This document shows positions 24,511 to 36,209 of a stretch of DNA of 64,000 nucleotides, piece by piece. The DNA lies in assembly GCF_006345805.1 (NCBI RefSeq), contig NC_043000.1, positions 31,062,001-31,126,000 of the forward strand. The letters are read 5' to 3'. Positions within the stretch are counted from its first letter, which is position 1; the number at the start of each line of letters is the position of its first letter. The notes beneath the pieces were generated by a model, which worked only from the letters and a program-made list of their open reading frames with translations, was not told the origin of the DNA and made no database searches. The translations under genes and the position numbers were made by a program. The stretch comes from Octopus sinensis (Eukaryota).

Positions 24511-24716
24511 AAGGTATAGTGACAGGTTAACAGAGAGAGAGAGAGAGAGAGCAGCAATACACAGGAAAACTGAAAGAAGCAGCACATATGCTAGGACACA
24601 ACAACCTCCTAAGCAGACCGAGTGCAGATATGAACAGCATATGAGAGCCGGTATTAAGGAAGGATAGGAGAATGTTAGATTTATGAGCCCTAAAATTTAC
24701 TCCATAATTGCCCACA

Positions 24717-24960
24717 GGCACATGGCGTAGTGGTTAAGAGCGCAGGCTAGTAACCCCAAGATTCCAAGTTCGATTCCAGGCAGTGACCTGAACAACAACA
24801 ACAACAATAATAATGGCGGCGGCGGCAGCGAAAAAAACCTTAGGAATGAGAACCCAGACACCTGATGAAGGCTGGAGGGTATATCAGCCGAAACATGTTA
24901 ACAACAAACAAGATGAGGACAAATATCCGTCAATTATAAATAATGTACATAAATCCTCAT
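24717..24960 (+). mobile_element. tRNA-headed SINE-like element with a hammerhead-ribozyme core in its 3' half
   Basis: A-box TGGCGTAGTGG and B-box GTTCGATTCC, then (AAC/AAT)n. CTGATGA at 24862-24868, stem GGCTG/CAGCC, GAAAC at 24890-24894. Confidence 0.7.
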
Positions 24961-25294
24961 CTCTTAAATATAGAACTGTATTACTTGAAGATGTTATTAA
25001 AACCATGTCAAGGTAGAAGTATGAAGACAGACAGCTGATTCATTAATTATTTTGGTGTTTGGAATTGATTATAGTAATTTACCAGAACAACCTTAACATT
25101 CTCATGTTGTCTTGTTACTTTAATGACCTCAACATTCTCATCTTGTCACAAGTGAAGGGAACCTTTATGTGGTCACTTGAATAGCCAGAAATAGCAGCTA
25201 GACACACTCTATCATTAAGAATACCCTAGTGGGACACATTCAATTATATAGTCTGATATATACTATTCTTGATGGGTGATCATGACTGGATTCC

Positions 25295-26910
25295 TGTAGG
25301 GTATTGTCCACAAACTCATACAGATGAACTGTAGACAAGGATCTTCACTGTGGATGAGCTATCAAGCTGGTCCACAGACAAGGGACTTCTGGAGGTGGTA
25401 AACGAAACCCAAGCGTGAATAGTTGATTGTATTCTCTCTTTTGTTTGTGGTTATTTTTATCTATAGCTTAACAAAAGCTATGGTGACCTCAAAATACAAA
25501 ACATGTAAGCATGGCAAGGGATAGCACTGTCACACTGAAGCTTCCACAATTCTGGCTGAAGTGGGCTGATGTAATACGGTTTGCACAAGTTGAAGCACAA
25601 TTCAACATAAGGAAGGTCACCTCAAACCTGATGGAATATACATAACAGCAGCCTTGGATGAAGGCACAGCAACACGGGTGCAAGACATTCCAATTCAACC
25701 ACTGGCTACTCACGAATATGCCACTTTAGAAGTGAGACTTGTGGAAATATTCTGTAAATTGCCACCTCATGTCCAGTCTCTCATAACTCAGACTGAGATC
25801 AAGGGCCTATGGCAGTTAGTGAAAGTGGCCAAAATGCATTTTTTGTCTAGAGGGGTTATAATCAGTGCCTAAGGTGGTTCCCCCCAACCCAAGACATGAT
25901 GAAGTTACATGAACCAATCTGTGTTTCTATCAAACAAAGTTTGGGGCAAAGGCTTCCAAGTGTAAGCAGCTGTGTAGCTTCAAAAGCCTTTTGTCATTGG
26001 CCCTGGGAAACTCCATAGCTGGTAGCTGGCAAACATGATCAACTGCTCCTGTATGTCCACGATTGGAGCTCTGGATGAATATTCCTAATTGAAACAGGAG
26101 CAGCATCTGCAAGGGACTGCCATTACAGAGAGCGAGGCCAATTTTTAGTGGCTGCCAATGGTTTCACAATCAAAGTATATGGATGCTGCAATCTCCCCCT
26201 TCACATCGGTTCACAAGCTTACACTTGAGCATTCGCTGTTGCTGATGTCCATCAGCCTATTACTGGAGCAGACTTTCTTCAGGCATACTCACTGCCGGCC
26301 AATCTTCAGGGAAGATGACTCGTCAACAGCAACACTTATGCCTTTGTTTCTCTTGCAAAATCTGCACAGGCTGCCCCTTGCATAGCAGCTGTCTCTCAGA
26401 CCAACTATGAATTCTCGAATCTCCTTGTAAGCTGCCTGAATCTCACTACCCTGATATTCTCCAAACCCACAACCCACCATGGAGTGAAACACCACATCCC
26501 CACTACTGGTCCTACAGTGCACAGCCATGCATGCCGTCTACTACCAGACAAACTTGCTATTGCAAAGGGCTTGTTTGACAATACGGAAGCTTTGGGCATT
26601 GTCCATTGATCAAGCAGTCCTTGGTCATCACCTTTACATGTGGCACCAAAACCCAATGGAAGTTGGCAACCTTGTAGAGATTATTGCCATCTCAACACAA
26701 ACACAACACCCAACTGCTACCCCATTCTGCATACATCCCATTCTCTGCCCAGTTAGCCAGATGCTCAATTTTCTCGAAGGTTGACCTCATCTGAGGTTAC
26801 CATCAAATACCAGTGTGAGACAATGACATATCTAAAACTGTTGTGATCACTTCTTTTGGGCTGTACGAATTTCTAAGTACACCCTTTGGCTTAAAAAATG
26901 CAGCGCTCCC
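25295..26910 (+). mobile_element. old CsRN1-type Ty3/gypsy relic A (5' LTR remnant, PBS, gag-PR-RT start)
   Basis: TGGTGACC PBS at 25481. Gag remnant (FAQVEAQF...ALDEGTATRV), PR remnant (FLIETGA...ADVHQPI.GADFL), RT start to PFGLKNAA. Many stops. Confidence 0.8.
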
Positions 26911-27814
26911 TCAAATGCACTCATTCAGTTTGTAAAGTTATTGGAGTTAGGAAGTACATTGCTTTAGAAACCACGTTAACATAGAAATATAAAAGTGAAG
27001 GCATGGTGTCCCCCATCTCTGACTCATCTGGCCCTGTTACAACCTGTCCCACCCACAGCAGTGTGAAAATGGGATGTAAAATGATGACGATAATTTTCAA
27101 ATACAACTGATATCTTTTACAGATATAATTTGATTAATATCTTTTCCAATATTAGTGTCTTTTCTCAATAATTAATAATGCCATTTTTCAGATATATTTA
27201 ATTAATCTCTGTTCTTATTCTGTTTTAGAGCAGAATAAAAAAAAGACTAACTAAACGAAACATTAACGAGTTTTGATTTATGTCATCTTAATTTATTCTA
27301 ATTTAATTTTTGTTGCTCATTGTCTTCATATTGGTGGCATTTATGCGGTTGACATTCAGTTTAAATAGCTTGAGGTCAGTGTTTCCCATATTGAAAAAAT
27401 AATTTCATTGGAGACATTGATGTTGTTGCTATTTAATCACCTTTCAGGTAACACCTGCTGGGGGCGAATATGAGTGGGAAAGTAATTCCTGTGGTTTGGT
27501 TTTGTATGGAGAAAGAATCTTAGTATATTGTTCAGTGCAGGACCTGTGAAGGGTGACAAACTGAGTGAAGGGATTGATGTAACGGGAAGATTTGAGTGGA
27601 GATGAGTAACTAACTATGAGCAGATGTGAAGGGCTGAGTCGAGCCTGGTCTATGAATTGGAAGCTGCGACAGCAGAGACTAGTGCCGTAGTGGTAGAACT
27701 AATCAGAGAAAAGAGCCCAGCTCTAGGGTATGGGTTGGAGTGTGTTGATGAAAGTCATTGTCAAGCAGCCAGACTATTTTTAGATGTAGTTTGATATATA
27801 TATTGTATAGCCAT

Positions 27815-28150
27815 CATCATTATCATCATCATCGTTTAACGTCCGCCTTCCATGCTAGCATGGGTTGGACGATTTTGACTGAGGGCTGGTGAACCAGATG
27901 GCTGCACCAGGCTCCAGTCTTGATCTGGCAGAGTTTCTACAGCTTGATGCCCTTCCTAATGCCAACCACTCTGAAAGTGCAGTGGATACTTTTTTCGTGC
28001 CACCAGCATGGGCCAAGTCAGGCGGTACTGGCAATGACCTCACTCGAATCTTTTTACACATGCCACCGGCACAGGTGCCAGTAAGGCGATGTTGGTAACA
28101 ATCACGCTCGAATGGTGCCCTTTTACGTGCCACCAGCACGGAGCCAGTAT
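27815..28150 (-). mobile_element. RTE 3'UTR truncated copy
   Basis: (CAT)n followed by the reverse-complement terminal block. Confidence 0.85.
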
Positions 28151-29740
28151 ATGACAATTGTATTTCTTTGTGGAACTTGCTTAACTTTTGTAGAGAATCA
28201 GCATTTGTTTGGTGTTGAAGTATGATGACCTTGCTCTAATAGCTGAGTCACTACCAGAAGTAGAGGAGAAGTTTCAGGTGTGGAAGGAAGGTCTGAAATC
28301 AAAGAGCTTTAGAGTTAATCTGGCAAAACCAAAGTCTCAGTGAATAGGAAGGCAGACAAACCACAAATCCCTTCAGGTAGATGGCCCTGCTTGAGCTGTA
28401 AGAATGGTGTAGGTAGAAACTCCATAAAATGTATCTGGTGTAAGTTATGGACACATAAGAGGTGCAGCAATATCAAAGGAAGGTTAACTGGGAAGATAGT
28501 TTTTGTGTGTGGCAGATGCACAGGGGCAATAAACACTGAAAATGTGCAGAGAACAGCTTCCATCACATGGCATGGGGAGAAAAACTAGAAGTAGTTGATT
28601 GCCTCTGTTATCTAAGTGGCCAAGTCAACAGTGGGGGAGGATGCTCTGAGAGCATAGCTGCTAGAATAAGAATAGCCTGGGCAAAGTTCAGAGAGCTCTT
28701 ACCTCTGATAGTAACAAAGGGCTTCTTGTTTAGAGTGAAAGGTAAACTATATGGTGCATGCGGCGAGCTGGCAGAATCGTTAGCACGCCGGGCGAAATGC
28801 TTTGCGGTATTTCGTCCGCCGCTGCGTTCTGAGTTCAAATTCCGTCGAGGTCGACTTTGCCTTTCATCCTTTCGGGGTCGATAAATTAAGCACCAGTTGC
28901 GCACTGGGGTCGATGTAATCGACTTAATACCTATGTCTGTCCTTGTTTGTCCCCTCTATGTTTAGCCCCTTGTGGGTAGTAAAGAAATATATATGGTGCA
29001 TGTGTGCAAACAGCTATGCTACACGGCAGTGAAACATGGGCTGTGACTGCTGAGGACTTGAGTAGGCTCGCAAGAAATGAAGCTAGTATGCTCCACTGGA
29101 TGTGTAATGTCAGTGTGCATACATGGCAGAGTGTAAGCACTCTGAGAGAAAAATTGAACATAAGACGTGTCAGGTGTGGTGTGTAAGAGAGATGGCTGTG
29201 CTGGTATGGTCATGTGTTACGTATGGATGAGGGTAGCTGTATAAAGAAGTGCTGATCTCTAACTGTGGAAGGAACCTTTGGAAGCGGTAGACCCAGAAAG
29301 ACCTGGGATGAGGTAGTGAAGCATGACCTTTGAACTTTGGGCCTCAAGGAGGCAAGACAAGTGACCGAGACCTTTGGAGATATGCCATGCTTGAGATGAC
29401 CCAGCAAGCTAAGTGAGATCGTAGTTGTAGCCTATGCCAGTGTTGCATAACTGACCCATTTAAGAATTCCATTCAATCGGCGGACAATATGCTGTGCTTG
29501 AGAAGACTTATTGAGTGAAGTAAAATTGCTGTGGTGGCCAATGGCAGTGTTACCTGACTGGGCCCCATGCTGTTGGCACATAAAAAGCATCCACTACACT
29601 CTCGGAGAGGTTGGCGTTAGGAAGGGCATCTAGCTGTAGAAACCTTGCCAGATCAGATTGGCTTGCCAGTCCTCAGTCAATCTGTCCAACCCATGCCAGC
29701 ATGGGAAAGCAGATGTTAAATGACAGTGATGATGATGAAC
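28150..29740 (+). mobile_element. 5'-truncated RTE (RT end, intact C4HC3 PHD-like insert, C-terminus, 3'UTR, tail)
   Basis: WPCLSCKNGVGRNSIKCIWCKLWTHKRCSNIKGRLTGKIVFVCGRC, LEVVD, MLHGSETW, then the terminal block. Confidence 0.88.
28761..28989 (+). mobile_element. SINE-B inserted in RTE ORF2 with 13-bp TSD TATATGGTGCATG
   Basis: Direct repeats at 28748-28760 and 28990-29002. Confidence 0.92.
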
Positions 29741-30910
29741 AAGAACCCTAATTGACATTGTACAGATTTTATATTGGGTATGCAACATCTTGAGGAGAGT
29801 TTCTCAGTAATGGTGAGGTTTAGCAGTTGTAGTGATTTTAATGGGTTTAGTTGTGTGTTTAAGACCGGTGTGGCATATCAGATGGAACACTGTCCTTGAT
29901 GTGTGTGTGTGTGGTGATTGTGTGTTTGTGCTGTTAAAAGTTACCGTCTCTGCCGGAGAGATAGCACCTCAGCCTGTTGAGATTATGGTGGGTGATGCTC
30001 AGTTTGAATGTCTTGATCAGTGTTTGTAGGAACTGTAATTGGTAGGCAACTCAATGCTCCAGAGTGTTGAATTCTTTGGGAAGATGGAGTATTTAGTGGG
30101 GCTGGGGTTGGTGAGTGGTGGTAGAAGTTGAAACAGTGAGGGTGGTAGAAGACAGGTGGACTGGTAGCTTGTTCCTAAGAGCAGAAACCATTGTAATAGT
30201 AGTAAAAGAAAGAGTGAGGGAGGACCTGTGTCTGTGAATCAGTGATTGTAGCATGTTGTCGCTATTGAATGGCCATCATTTTTAATATTGATCTATGAAA
30301 ATGATACATGTTTTTTTGAAAGATGGCTGTTTTTATTTGTTACTGATGGCTATTCCATTGGACCGTGCTATGTCATATAATTTATTAAAAGCACCTAACT
30401 TTGAACTCTCTTGTTAAAAAAATATGCTTACTGTGTGTTATGTGTGTTTGATATTTTGATTATATAATCACTACTGTTGGGCATCAAATATATATATACA
30501 TTTCCTGACCTTAGTTTTGTAAATATATTAAAACATAGTTTTAACAGATCTGTAGTGCTCTGAGAGTGAGTGTCATTGTCAAAGACTTGTGTAGAAATAT
30601 GTCAGGAATCCCACCTGACTTATGATTGATTCTACAGGTCATACCACAATTCATTGAGGGAATCTAGTCCGAATTTAGTTTGGTCTTTAATCTAGTTAAT
30701 GGTCAAAAGCTATTTGCTTTAATTGTCCATTTCTTATCATCTGTGACTTCTTATTAGCTATTAGCTTTTGATTCAGTAGCTTATGAAATGATTGTATAAT
30801 TAAAGCCAAGTAATTAATAGCAATTTCATTATATTATCTGTTTCAGCTTCTGTTAAGTCTATTTTTGAAATGTATCTCTTTGTAATTAAGAAAGGTCACT
30901 CATTCGGAAA

Positions 30911-31041
30911 TTGTATCGGAACAAGAAAGTTGTATCGGAACAAGGAAATAGATCTGAGCTGGTAGACAATTAGGTTGTCACTAATTAAGCTGGTAGACAA
31001 TTAAGTTGTCACTAATTAAGCTGGTAGACAATTAGGTTGTC
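30911..31041. repeat. 19-bp duplication followed by a 31-bp tandem repeat (~2.7 units)
   Basis: TTGTATCGGAACAAG x2; AGCTGGTAGACAATTAGGTTGTCACTAATTA repeated. Confidence 0.85.
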
Positions 31042-31530
31042 TAATCAGATTGATTCCTCTGTATATTAGTTTTGTATAAAACAAAAGAAGAAATTCTGAT
31101 TTCCATGTTTCTTCTCTGGTATTAAAAAAATAAATCTCTCCACAATATTTTACAATATTATTATAATATTGAAGGCATTTGGCCTAGTAGTTAGGTGTGT
31201 TGCATTCACAATTCTGAGATCATGGTTTCGATTCCCTGACCAGCTACACATTGTGTTCTTGAGCAAAACATTTCATTTCATGTTGCTCCAGTTCACTCAA
31301 CTGTAAATGAATGAGTCCCTGGAATAGGGGAAATGTTGGCCTGTTTGCCTCGCCAGCGAGTTTGCATCATTTGAAAGCTAAAATAATACAAAGCACATTG
31401 TGACAAGTGATGTGTAATATCTGATAATCTGGTTAATCCTATGATCATAATATTAGTTTTACAATGTTGGTTTTACATTATCATTATTATCCTCATCATT
31501 GTTTGTTTGGTTTCCATGTTGTCATTGGTT

Positions 31531-31896
31531 GTTTGTTTGTTTGTTTGTTGAGCGAAGCGGTCTTCATCCTATAAGTCCGAAACGTGGTCCTTTGCTATTC
31601 GTAAGACCCGCAGAAGAGAAAGCAGGTCAACCCCCGACACTGAGAGCATCGATGGATGGATGAATGTGCATCCAGGCTCAGTGGTTGCGTAGGAAGTCGG
31701 GGACAAGAAACAAGAAGAAAGAGTGAGAAAAAGTTGGGGCGAAAGAGTACAACAAGAACCCCCCCCCTGCCGGAGCCTCGTGGAGCTTTAGCTGTTTTCG
31801 CTCAATAAACACACACAACTCCCGGTCTGGGAATCGAAACCGCAATCCTCCGACCGCGAGTCCGCTGCCCTAACCACTGGGCCATTGCACCTCCAC
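31531..31896 (-). mobile_element. tRNA-headed SINE-D with (AAAC)n tail and 11-bp TSD
   Basis: A-box TGGCCCAGTGG, B-box GTTTCGATTCC, CpG-rich body. TGTCATTGGTT at 31520-31530 and 31897-31907. Confidence 0.88.
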
Positions 31897-32447
31897 TGTC
31901 ATTGGTTGGATGATTTGAGAGGAATCAACAAGCCAGAGGACTGCACTGAGCTCCAGATGTCTGCTTTGGCATGGTTTCTATGGCTTGATGTCTTTCCTTA
32001 TACTAACCGCTTTACAGAGTGTACTGGGTGCTTTTTACAGAATATTGAAACGAGTGAGGTTACCAAGTAACCTGCAAGACAAGATCTCTCAACCTAGTTG
32101 GGATGCTGTATTGAGGGACATGGTATTTTTTGTCAGGTGTTGAAAGTTTAAGGCCTGATTGAGGGATAAAAACAGGTCTCTTACTGAAGAAGAGATACAT
32201 GGCTACCCTAGTTGGAAGGTTTCATTGATATTTTCTATATCCGTTTGGGTTGTTTTCTACAGTTTTTAAAACTGAACTCGTTAATAGAAGAGGTCACTGA
32301 TGTGCCCTTTATATGCTCTTTCCCTCAAACTATAGCTCACATTTACTCCCTGTGAGGAAAGCAGGTACTGTTCTTATTTCATAGTTGTGTGGTCACTATT
32401 AGCAGAATCATTAAACACAGAATGACTTCCATTTTTAATGAATATAT

Positions 32448-32790
32448 TTTTTACTTGTTTCAGTCATTGGACTGCGGTCATGCTGGGGCACTGCCTTGAA
32501 GGATTTTAGCCCAACAAATTGTCCCCAATACTTATGTGTTTTTTTAAAGTCTGGCACTTATTCTAAGAGTCTCTCTCTCGCTGAACTCCTAAATCATTGG
32601 GATGTATACAAACCAACACCAGTTGTCAAGTGGTGTGTAGAGTGTGTGGCACTCATGCAGAGTCAAACATTCATACAGTTTTTGACTACCAACTTCACTT
32701 ACAACGCACTGACCAATCTGGGGGATATATTAACACTTGCCCTAGATGCTCCACTGTGGGACTGAACCTGAGACCATGTTGTTGAAAAGC
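32448..32790 (-). mobile_element. SINE-C, diverged
   Basis: Tail TTACTTGTTTCAGTCATTGG and head remnant ACTGTGGGACTGAACC. Confidence 0.75.
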
Positions 32791-33754
32791 AACCATGCCT
32801 AATTTCTCTTTCTGTTTATTTATTTATTTCTTTTGTTCTCTTTGGCTCATTCAAATTATTATCAGTCAGACATATTTGTGAAGGCAAAGATAGTGATTGT
32901 TGATTTGTGTTATTGTCAGGCGAAATTTCTTTGAACTAAATATTATTTCTTATTGTGGAGCTGATAAAAGATGTCAAAACTCGAGTGAAAATATATGAAA
33001 ATAAGGAAAAAGTGTAATAAATCATTTGAAAATTTCAGAGATAGGTCTATTTGAGTAATATTGTAAACAAAAGCCTAGATAGTTTGATTTGTCAACAATC
33101 TGAACATAAATTTCTTAGCTTATGAAGTGGTTTGTTTGAATGCTGACAGTGTTATGTCTGAATAGGCAATGTCTGGTGTGTTCAAGCTTTTAAATCTATA
33201 CTTGTTTACTCTCTCTCTCTCTCTCTCTCTGATATAACAGATACAACTCTTCCTTTCTCTCTTTTATATTACTTAACGTTTATCTGTGGTAGCATGGCTG
33301 TGATTGTTGTTGTCAATGTTGACATAATAGAAACCAATCCTGTTTTTTTTTAATTTTTTTTTTTTATCATTAACTGGTTTCAGAGATACACAGATTGAGG
33401 TTGAGAGAAAAACCTGCTTTGTCCACAACTCAATGGTTTTGAGGCAAGGTTTGAACTGCAGTGTGTTGACAACTCATTGATGGAGTTGTAGGGGTGCTGT
33501 TAGGATGCACAGCATATCTTGGTCAACTTGAATCTTCATGTTCAACTTGAATCTTGCAGGCATGTGATTGCATAACAAAAAGCATGGGTGGGAAGGAAAT
33601 TCAGAGATGTGAGTGATTGGAGAAAGTGTTTAATTCTTTTGATATCAACCCTCCTGAGACAGCTTCTGGTCCTATGATATAAACTTCCTGCTTTAAAGTG
33701 AACTAAATTAGAATCTTCATCAAAATGTGTTCCCAACACCAGATTAATAATGAC

Positions 33755-34400
33755 ATCATCATCATCATTGTCGTTTAACGTCCGCTTTCCATGCTAGCAT
33801 GGGTTGGACGGTTCGACTGGGGTCTGGGAAGCTAGGAGGCTGCACCAGGCTCCAATCTTGATCTAGCAGAGTTTCTACAGCTGGATGCCCTTCCTAACGC
33901 CAACCACTCTGTGAGTGTAGTGGGTGCTTTTTATGTGCCACCAGCACAGGTGCCAGGCGAGGCTGGCAACGGCCACGATCGGTTGGTGCTTTTTACATGC
34001 CACCGGCACAAAAGTCAGTCAAGGCGGTGCTGGCATCGGCCACGTTTGGATGGTGCTTTTTACGTGCCGCTGGCACAGGTATCACAATTACAATTTCCAT
34101 TTGATATTTATTTTGATGTTGATGTACTTGACTCAATAGGTCTCCACAAGCACAGGATGTCACGTGCCACCGGCACAGAAGCCAGTCAAAGTGGCGCCGG
34201 CATCAGCCACGTTCAGATGGTGCTTTTTACGTGCCGCCGGCACAGGTATCACAACTACAATTTCCATTTGATATTTATTTTGATTTTGATGTACTGGACT
34301 CAATAGGTCTCCTTAAGCACAGCAGGTCGTTCTGCAATCCAAGGTACTTTGGATGGGCTGGGGCTATGCGAAACTGGTGCAGGAAGCAGCCATGAACTCA
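33755..34400 (-). mobile_element. RTE 3'UTR copy with an internal ~170-bp direct duplication
   Basis: The block GCACAGGTATCACAA...CAATAGGTCTCC occurs twice (~34075 and ~34240). Confidence 0.85.
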
Positions 34401-34619
34401 CATTATTTGTCGGGTATCTTGGATAAATTTAAATTCATAAAAGTTCTGTACCTTCATGCAGCATGACCCCTATTTTGCTGCTCATGGACCAACAGGTGAT
34501 TTCTAACTTTTAGAAATTGTACACCAAACACTTGTTTCATTGGTGCTTTGAAGTCGACAAAAATACAAATCTAACCCTTTGTGAATTTTGGAAGGAGCAC
34601 TACAACATTGTTAACTGCC

Positions 34620-35060
34620 CGAAAATCATTGATATGGTCTGGCAGGGTGTAACAAGGAGAATGCTGAATTCTGCATGGAGAAAACTGGCCTGACTGCATA
34701 TCCAAAAGAAACCTTTAGGAGGTTTGGGTCTGAGTCACCTGTAGTTAAGGAGATAGTGTCTCTTGACAAGTCCATGGGCCTCAAGGTTGACAATGGAGAC
34801 ATTAACGATCTCGTCACGGAACACTCAGAGGAGCTGACGACAGATGAATTCCTGCAGCTTCAGGAGCAGCGTTTGGATGCGGTGGAAGAGATTGGTTCTC
34901 CGGTGGAGTACAGTGTATCAGAGAGGGCCATCTCTATGAGTGGCATAAAGGCAATGTTGGCAAAGTGGCAAAGTGTTTCTGAATTTGTATAAAAAAAAAT
35001 CTTTGAGAAATTATCTCCAGGTCGTACAGCCGCTTTATTTAATGATTCTTCTCTGGACAT
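34620..35060 (+). mobile_element. pogo/Tigger transposase C-terminal remnant
   Basis: VVKEIVSLDKSMGLKVDNGDINDLVTEHSEELTTDEFLQLQ is typical of the acidic Tigger C-terminus. Confidence 0.75.
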
Positions 35061-35103
35061 TCTTTTGGCCGACCTTAATATTGTAGACAAACTGGCACAA
35101 CTA

Positions 35104-36209
35104 CAGATTTCTGCCCCCTCCCTGGACTTTGGATGATCATAACTTGTGGAAAAATGGATATTTTTTTAATGAAATTTTCTACTAATATGTGTTATATCAT
35201 GTAGATTCTGAATATACAAAAATTTGGTGGGGTAAGTGTTTTTGGAGGGTGTAGGGTGGGAAATTTCGGAAAATTCACCAGAGTCCACTTTAATTTGTCA
35301 TAACTTTCAAGAAAATGGATATTTTTAAATGAAATTCTCTACAAATATACCTTGGACTATGCAGATTCTGAGGATAAAGGAATTTTAAGGGAAAACAATT
35401 GGGGGTTATTTTTGAGAACTGTTCCCCCACTCGGGGGTGTTTTGGAACAAGTTGTTCATATTTGTTTTATTTTCTCCATTTTGTGTATCTGTAGATTTCT
35501 ACCACACACACACACACGTAATTAAAACAGTTCAAATGGGGACTTATTCCATTCAATACAATATTTATTATCAAGATTATGTAACAAATTATATTTTACA
35601 CTTCTATATTTAACTGTGCGTGTATATATTCCTTATTTTTGCTTCTGGTGTCTTCTGCCTTTCTATTAGAAATGTTTACCTGGAAATTTATTTAAAATGA
35701 AAAAAGAAAATCGTATGTAACAGATAAGTCATCGTAATAACATATTTCTGTGTACCAGACCATTAGATGTTATTTTTAGCATAACGAGTTTTCTGCTGAG
35801 GGCTTCATTTGCCTTCATTGCCTGATTGTTGCTTCAGTAGAACTCTTTGGATGCACAAAATAGAGAAAATGTAACAAATATGGAATACTTGTTCCGAAAC
35901 AACCCTGATTGGGGAACAGTTCTGAAAAATAACCCCCAATTGTTTTCCTCCAAAATTCCTATGTCCTCAGAATGTACATAGTCCGAGGTATATTTGTAGA
36001 GAATTTCATTAAAAAATATTCATTTTCTTGAAGACGAATTGAAGTGGACTCTGGTGAATTTCCAGATATTCCCCAGCACCTCCTTAAAAAAATTTTGTAT
36101 ATTTGGAATGTACATGATATTACATATATTTGTAGAAAACTTTATGAAAAAATACTCATTTTTCTGAAAGTTATGATCCAAATTGGGTGAGCAGGTGGGA
36201 AGAAATCTG
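35104..36209. mobile_element. foldback MITE, ~370-bp imperfect TIRs, TA TSD (Tc1/mariner-type)
   Basis: TA|CAGATTTCT...AGAAATCTG|TA. Arms ~35104-35470 and ~35870-36209 are reverse complements. Confidence 0.82.

Noticed and set aside
24717-24790. tRNA genes at the SINE heads (also 17226, 19266, 28761, ~31175, 31820-31896)
   Set aside because: A/B boxes are present but there is no complete cloverleaf or acceptor stem, and each continues into a repeated SINE body.
29760-30200. G/T-rich stretch with faint RT-like remnants on the minus strand (similar stretches at 27440-27790, 56880-57110, 59700-60090)
   Set aside because: Too decayed to assign. These are probably ancient LINE fragments and are not reported as features.
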